Origin: an uncultured Ruminococcus sp.
GTDB taxonomy: Bacteria > Bacillota > Clostridia > Oscillospirales > CAG-272
Assembly: GCA_964644445.1 (NCBI GenBank)
Contig: CAZXVF010000002.1
Location: 1-58,627 of the forward strand
Length of the DNA: 58,627 nt
Direction of reading: 5' to 3'
Below are positions 54,370 through 58,627 of the stretch, one piece after another; the first letter of the stretch is position 1, and each line of letters begins with the position of its first letter. The notes under the pieces were generated by a model. It was not told the origin of the DNA. It made no database searches and was given only the letters and a program-made list of their open reading frames with translations. Made by a program: the position numbers and the translations under genes.

Positions 54370-54996
54370 TTACTCCATCAGCCCGCGCGCAAGAGCGGCA
54401 ATAAGCTCTGCGGTTTTTTCAATGCCGAAGGCGGCTGAGCTGATTGCAAGATCGTAGTTGTCGAAGCGTCCCCATTTATTTCCCGTATAGAAGTTATAAT
54501 ACGTCGCCCTTCTTTTATCCGTCTTGTTGATAGCATCAAGTATCTGGCTCGACTTGATCTCCGGATGTCTCTCCTGTATTCTTGCAGTTCTGTGAGGAGT
54601 ATCGCTGTATATGAAGATTTTAAGCACGTTTTCCTCATCACGGAGTACGTAATCGGCGCATCTTCCGATTATAACGCAGCTTCCGGCTTCCGCATATTCG
54701 CGAATCACCTCGGATTGAAGTATAAACAGCTTGTCGTTAAGAGGCATCTTGTATCCGAAGTGCATGGACGCACTTAAAACGTTCGAGCCGACTGCAAGAG
54801 TATAAAGCAGACTGTTTGCCGCGGATTCGTCGGTGTTTTTTAAGACCTCCTCGTTGAGGCTTCCTTTAGCGGCCGCGTCGGTGATAAGCTCCTTGTCGTA
54901 GAAGGGAATATCCAATATCCGCGCCACTTTCTCTCCGATCTCGCGTCCTCCGCTTCCATACTGTCTGGCAATTGTGATTATAAGCTTTTTACTCAT
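54370..54996 (-). CDS. Cytidylate kinase-like family protein
   Basis: 208 aa. The N-terminus IITIARQYGSGGREIGEKVA is typical of this family. GGGAGG RBS. Confidence 0.75.
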   Translation of the reverse strand: MSKKLIITIARQYGSGGREIGEKVARILDIPFYDKELITDAAAKGSLNEEVLKNTDESAANSLLYTLAVGSNVLSASMHFGYKMPLNDKLFILQSEVIREYAEAGSCVIIGRCADYVLRDEENVLKIFIYSDTPHRTARIQERHPEIKSSQILDAINKTDKRRATYYNFYTGNKWGRFDNYDLAISSAAFGIEKTAELIAALARGLME

Positions 54997-55161
54997 ATCC
55001 GCCTCCCAAAATAATTATATATTACTACCTCGTTTAAAACGATTTTCAGTCACCGTAAAAGAAACTGGCCGATACCGTTCTGCCCGAAAACGGTTTTATG
55101 CTACTCTATGTAAATTATAACAAAAAAAGTCGTGAAAGTAAATACTTTAGCATAAAAAACC

Positions 55162-55190
55162 TTGAATTTTTCTGTCTCATATGTTAAAAT
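55162..55190 (+). promoter_or_regulatory. Candidate sigma-A promoter of nnr
   Basis: TTGAAT (55162..55167), 17 nt, TAAAAT (55185..55190). Confidence 0.5.
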
Positions 55191-55227
55191 CATAATGAAA
55201 GATTACAGCAACGAAAGGATTGACGGT

Positions 55228-56769
55228 ATGAAACTTGCTCTTTCATCGGATATAAAGTCGATAGATACCTCGGCAGCAGAGCTTCTCGGAGTATCTATTA
55301 CAGAGCTTATGGGCAGAAGCGGCAGAGCGGTAGCGAATGCGGTTCGTAAGGCTTGCCCGAGCGGTTACGTAGTAATATTTGCCGGTAGCGGAAATAACGG
55401 AGGCGACGGATATGCGCTCGCATGCGAAATTTGTCGCAGTCACCGCGTTCGAGTCTACGACGTTTTTTCGGCAGGTCAGCGGTCGGAGGAAGGGAAGCAC
55501 TATCTGAATTTATGCAAGGAGCTTGGCGGTGAGATATTACCGCTTACGTCTGCGGAGTCCGTTCGTTCGGATATAGAGTCGTCTGACGTCGTCGTTGACG
55601 CGGTTTTCGGCACGGGCTTCCACGGAACGCTTCCTCATATTGTACAAGAGCTTGCGGACGTTATTAATTCCGTAAAAGGACCGATGAAAATTGCCGTAGA
55701 CGTCCCGATAGGAGTAAACGCCGACGACGGCTCGATATCTCCGCACGCTCTTTTTGTCGATACCACGGTAGTCCTCTCCTGTATGAAGACGGGATTGCTT
55801 TCCTATCCTGCAAAAAAGGTTGTAGGCGAGATTATTCTGGATAATATCGGAATTCCAAATGATATTATAGAGCAGAATATTGCATTTGAAAACTATTACT
55901 TTGATTCATCCTTAGCAAAAGAAGCTTTGCCGAGACGGTTTGATGATTCGAATAAGGGGGACTACGGTAAAGCGCTTCTGATAACGGGATCGGAAAAATA
56001 TATCGGCGCCGGATTTTTATCTATAGGTGCCGCACTAAGAGGAGGATGCGGATACGTCGTTCACGTATGCGGTAAAGAAGAACGATCGAGCTATTGCTCA
56101 AAGTTTCCGGAGGTAATATACGAAAGCTCATACTGTAACGGCAAATACGACGTTGCGGGAATAACCGAGCTTTCGAAAAAATGCTCCGCTACTCTTGTCG
56201 GCTGCGGCTGCGGAATGTCGGAAAATTTAGCGGAGCTTGTTTCGAGTCTTATCGAGGCAGAATGTGATTCACCTCTGATTCTCGATGCAGATGCCCTGAA
56301 TTCGCTAGCCTTCTACAAAAGCAAAGACGTTCTCAAGCTCGCGAAGCGCAAGGTAATACTTACACCGCACCCGCGTGAGCTATCGCGCCTTGCCCGCATT
56401 CCGACGGAACTGATAAACGCCACCAGAATAGATACGGCGAAACGCTTTGCGAAGGAACATCGTGTAATACTAGTCCTAAAGGGAGCGGCAACGCTCGTAA
56501 CCGACGGAGAGACTCTATATATCAATTCCTCTGGCTCTTCCGCACTTGCAAAGGCAGGTAGCGGCGACGTTCTGGCAGGACTTATCGCGTCGGTCCTCTC
56601 TTATTCTCGGGATCCGCTTCTCGCCACCGCCCTCGCAGTCTATCTTCACGGTGCCGCAGGTGATGCGCTTTCATCGTCACAGTCGTCTTACGGCGTTATC
56701 CCATCGGATCTTCCAATGGCAATAGCCCGTGTAACGTCTGAAATTGAACGTTCACAAAAAAATAAATAA
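55228..56769 (+). CDS. nnr: Bifunctional NAD(P)H-hydrate epimerase / ADP-dependent dehydratase (YjeF/Nnr)
   Basis: N-terminal YjeF_N domain (GSGNNGGDGYA). C-terminal carbohydrate-kinase domain (GDYGKALLITGS, GSGDVLAG). The start is set at MKLALSSD (AAAGGA RBS). Confidence 0.9.
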   Translation: MKLALSSDIKSIDTSAAELLGVSITELMGRSGRAVANAVRKACPSGYVVIFAGSGNNGGDGYALACEICRSHRVRVYDVFSAGQRSEEGKHYLNLCKELGGEILPLTSAESVRSDIESSDVVVDAVFGTGFHGTLPHIVQELADVINSVKGPMKIAVDVPIGVNADDGSISPHALFVDTTVVLSCMKTGLLSYPAKKVVGEIILDNIGIPNDIIEQNIAFENYYFDSSLAKEALPRRFDDSNKGDYGKALLITGSEKYIGAGFLSIGAALRGGCGYVVHVCGKEERSSYCSKFPEVIYESSYCNGKYDVAGITELSKKCSATLVGCGCGMSENLAELVSSLIEAECDSPLILDADALNSLAFYKSKDVLKLAKRKVILTPHPRELSRLARIPTELINATRIDTAKRFAKEHRVILVLKGAATLVTDGETLYINSSGSSALAKAGSGDVLAGLIASVLSYSRDPLLATALAVYLHGAAGDALSSSQSSYGVIPSDLPMAIARVTSEIERSQKNK

Positions 56770-56784
56770 GAGGTATATAAATAT

Positions 56785-57312
56785 ATGAATTACACAAATT
56801 TTAATAGTTATCTTGAGGCAGACGAATACGTCCTTTGGCAAGGAAAGCCCGAGCGCGGCAACTACTTCAGAAAAGAAAGCGTGTTTACGATACCCTTCGG
56901 CTTGATATTTTTCGCCTTTGCTTGCTTTTGGTGCTTTAGCGCATCTGCTTTCTCGCCCATCTTCGCCCTCTTCGGCATTCCGTTCATGGTAGTCGGACTT
57001 TACGTTTCCTTCGGCTCCGTGATACATAGAGCGATAATTCTTTCCTCTACCGAGTATGCGATAACCAATAAAAAGCTAATCAGAGTGTCAAAAAAACGTG
57101 TCGATACGGTCAGAGCCGACAAAATAGGTGAGCTTCGTATAGAAATGAACGGCAACGGCACGGGAACTATCACCTTTATGTACCCCGAAACCTACTACCG
57201 TGCCGGCAAATGGCACAAATCATATCCTGACGGAGCATTCGGCTTTCACAGTATTGAAAACGTAAAGTCTCCCCTCACCGTCCAGCAGAAAATTAACGAA
57301 ATGGAAAGATAA
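56785..57312 (+). CDS. Hypothetical membrane protein (two TM segments, then a possible bacterial PH-like domain)
   Basis: 175 aa with an AAGAGGTA RBS. TM segments are IPFGLIFFAFACFWCF and FALFGIPFMVVGLYVSF. Confidence 0.55.
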   Translation: MNYTNFNSYLEADEYVLWQGKPERGNYFRKESVFTIPFGLIFFAFACFWCFSASAFSPIFALFGIPFMVVGLYVSFGSVIHRAIILSSTEYAITNKKLIRVSKKRVDTVRADKIGELRIEMNGNGTGTITFMYPETYYRAGKWHKSYPDGAFGFHSIENVKSPLTVQQKINEMER

Positions 57313-57409
57313 GAGAATCCCATCCCGAAAGTCGCAAAAAGGCTATCGGATTTCACCACGTCAAAAAAGCAATCTAAAAATCTCGGTCAAACCGAAAAAA
57401 ACGAACGAT

Positions 57410-57462
57410 ATCCCCGAAACGGTACGTAGCTTAAAGTTCCCGTACCGCACGGGGATTTTTTG
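57410..57462 (+). terminator. Rho-independent terminator
   Basis: Outer stem atccccg (57410..57416) pairs with cggggat (57450..57456). Inner stem cggtacg pairs with cgtaccg. TTTTTT follows. Confidence 0.75.
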
Positions 57463-57510
57463 TTCACGAAAAATTCACAAAATAATTATCTTAAACCGCC
57501 GTAAAACCAC

Positions 57511-57539
57511 TTGCAATTTCCGTAGCTTTATGGTATACT
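57511..57539 (+). promoter_or_regulatory. Candidate sigma-A promoter (extended -10) of the TetR gene
   Basis: TTGCAA (57511..57516), 17 nt ending in TGg, TATACT (57534..57539). TTGCAAT recurs at 57542..57548, and an AATGCATT palindrome lies downstream. Confidence 0.55.
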
Positions 57540-57593
57540 ATTTGCAATGTAAAATGCATTCTAAAACGCAAACAACAACTAAAGGAGGAACCC

Positions 57594-58271
57594 GTGGCAA
57601 AGAAAGGTTATGACCTACAGGCAGTGCGATCGAAGCTTCTGCACATTGCGGCAAAAATGTTTTTGACTGAGGGGTACGATAAAACCACCATTCTGAAGCT
57701 TGCCGCCGCGGCAAATATGAGTAGCGGAACGGTTACTTACGTGTATCGAACGAAGGAGTCCGTCGTCTGTGAACTCGTAAAATACGTCTTGGAAGGACAG
57801 TTTTCATTTACGGAAAAGCTTCTTAAGGACAAAACCGAAGATAAGATTTTGTTCTACGCCGCAGAAACGACTTTGCAGCTTTATATGGCGGAATCTAATG
57901 AAAACGTGCGTAAGCTGTATAACGTAGCGTATTCACTGCCGAACTCGTCCGAGATCATCTATCATATGATAACGGAAAAGCTTGAAAATATTTTCAAGGA
58001 CACCTTGCCGAATTGGCAAACGAAGGATTTTTACGAGCGTGAAATCGCCTCGGCAGGCGTTATGAGGAACTATATGTCCGTGCCCTGCGATATGTATTTC
58101 ACGATGGATAGAAAGGTGCGTGGCTTTATAGAGTCCACTCTCTTGCTCTATCGCGTACCCGATGAAAAGATTAAGGAAGCGATAGAATTCGTGTTGCAAT
58201 TCGATTTTGAAGCATTGGCAAAGCAAATCATAGACGGTATGCTTGCAGAGCTTGAAAAGAGCGAAAATTAA
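57594..58271 (+). CDS. TetR/AcrR-family transcriptional regulator
   Basis: GTG start with an AAGGAGGA RBS. The N-terminal HTH is FLTEGYDKTTILKLAAAANMSSGTVTYVY. Confidence 0.85.
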   Translation: MAKKGYDLQAVRSKLLHIAAKMFLTEGYDKTTILKLAAAANMSSGTVTYVYRTKESVVCELVKYVLEGQFSFTEKLLKDKTEDKILFYAAETTLQLYMAESNENVRKLYNVAYSLPNSSEIIYHMITEKLENIFKDTLPNWQTKDFYEREIASAGVMRNYMSVPCDMYFTMDRKVRGFIESTLLLYRVPDEKIKEAIEFVLQFDFEALAKQIIDGMLAELEKSEN

Positions 58272-58299
58272 CCCCATATTTACTTGACAAGGAGTTTTT

Positions 58300-58627
58300 A
58301 TGAAAAGAAAAATTGTAACTTTGTTATTGGCAATTGCCATAGTCGTTATGATGCTGCCAATGACGATGGTCTCCGTTTTTGCGGAGGAGGGCAGTACCCC
58401 CGAGAAAAATATCACCCTCGGCGCGACAGCCTTGCAGGGCGAGCAAAAGAGCAATGTGTATTACGGCACATACAAGCAGTCAAGTGACAATAACGGTGGA
58501 TATAATGTCGATCCCATCAAGTGGCGTGTGCTTTCCAACGGAAACGGCAAACTGTTTTTGCTTGCCGATCAGAACTTGGACGTATTTCAATATAATACGG
58601 CGTATGTAGATGTAACATGGGAAACAA
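58300..58627 (+). CDS. Secreted or cell-surface protein, N-terminal fragment (continues past the window end)
   Basis: Manual translation gives MKRKIVTLLLAIAIVVMMLPMTMVSVFAEEGSTPEKNITLGATALQGEQKSNVYYGTYKQSSDNNGGYNVDPIKWRVLSNGNGKLFLLADQNLD.... It has a signal peptide and an AAGGAG RBS. Absent from the ORF track because it is open at the window edge. Confidence 0.7.
   Translation, partial: MKRKIVTLLLAIAIVVMMLPMTMVSVFAEEGSTPEKNITLGATALQGEQKSNVYYGTYKQSSDNNGGYNVDPIKWRVLSNGNGKLFLLADQNLDVFQYNTAYVDVTWET

Noticed and set aside
1-58627. Search for CRISPR arrays, tRNA/rRNA genes, transposases, integrases, prophage or toxin-antitoxin/defence modules
   Set aside because: No spaced direct repeats, no cloverleaf-like or rRNA-like segments, and no recombinase or nuclease/defence-type ORFs were seen. 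Every intergenic region over 100 nt was read on both strands. All were explained by promoters, terminators or the leaders described above.

Overview
This is a 58.6-kb chromosomal segment from an endospore-forming Firmicute, probably class Clostridia. The basis is PolC-type Pol III, the Gpr spore protease, a split transketolase, nifS-nifU-mnmA, and strong GGAGG ribosome-binding sites. Almost every gene is core housekeeping. The window holds rplM (partial), ftsK, cysS, der, obg and gpr. It has the conserved pyrH-frr-cdsA-dxr-rseP-ispG-polC block, which lacks uppS. It has a nine-gene aromatic/tyrosine biosynthesis operon on the minus strand (37805..46870), three clustered metallopeptidases, nnr and a TetR regulator. 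I found no rRNA, tRNA, CRISPR array, transposase, integrase, phage gene or recognisable defence system. I cannot honestly point to a clear novel multi-gene system. The best leads are listed here in order. (1) An XRE-HTH protein fused to about 20 tandem five-residue glycine-periodic repeats (48972..49787). (2) A non-T-box structured leader ending in a U7 tract in front of the aromatic operon (46871..47020). (3) A translationally coupled operon of three small unknown proteins (31621..32481). (4) A perfect 20-bp palindrome upstream of the transketolase promoter. Many promoters match sigma-A consensus with exact 17-nt spacing. All calls rest on reading the sequence and on remembered family motifs. 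No database search was run.
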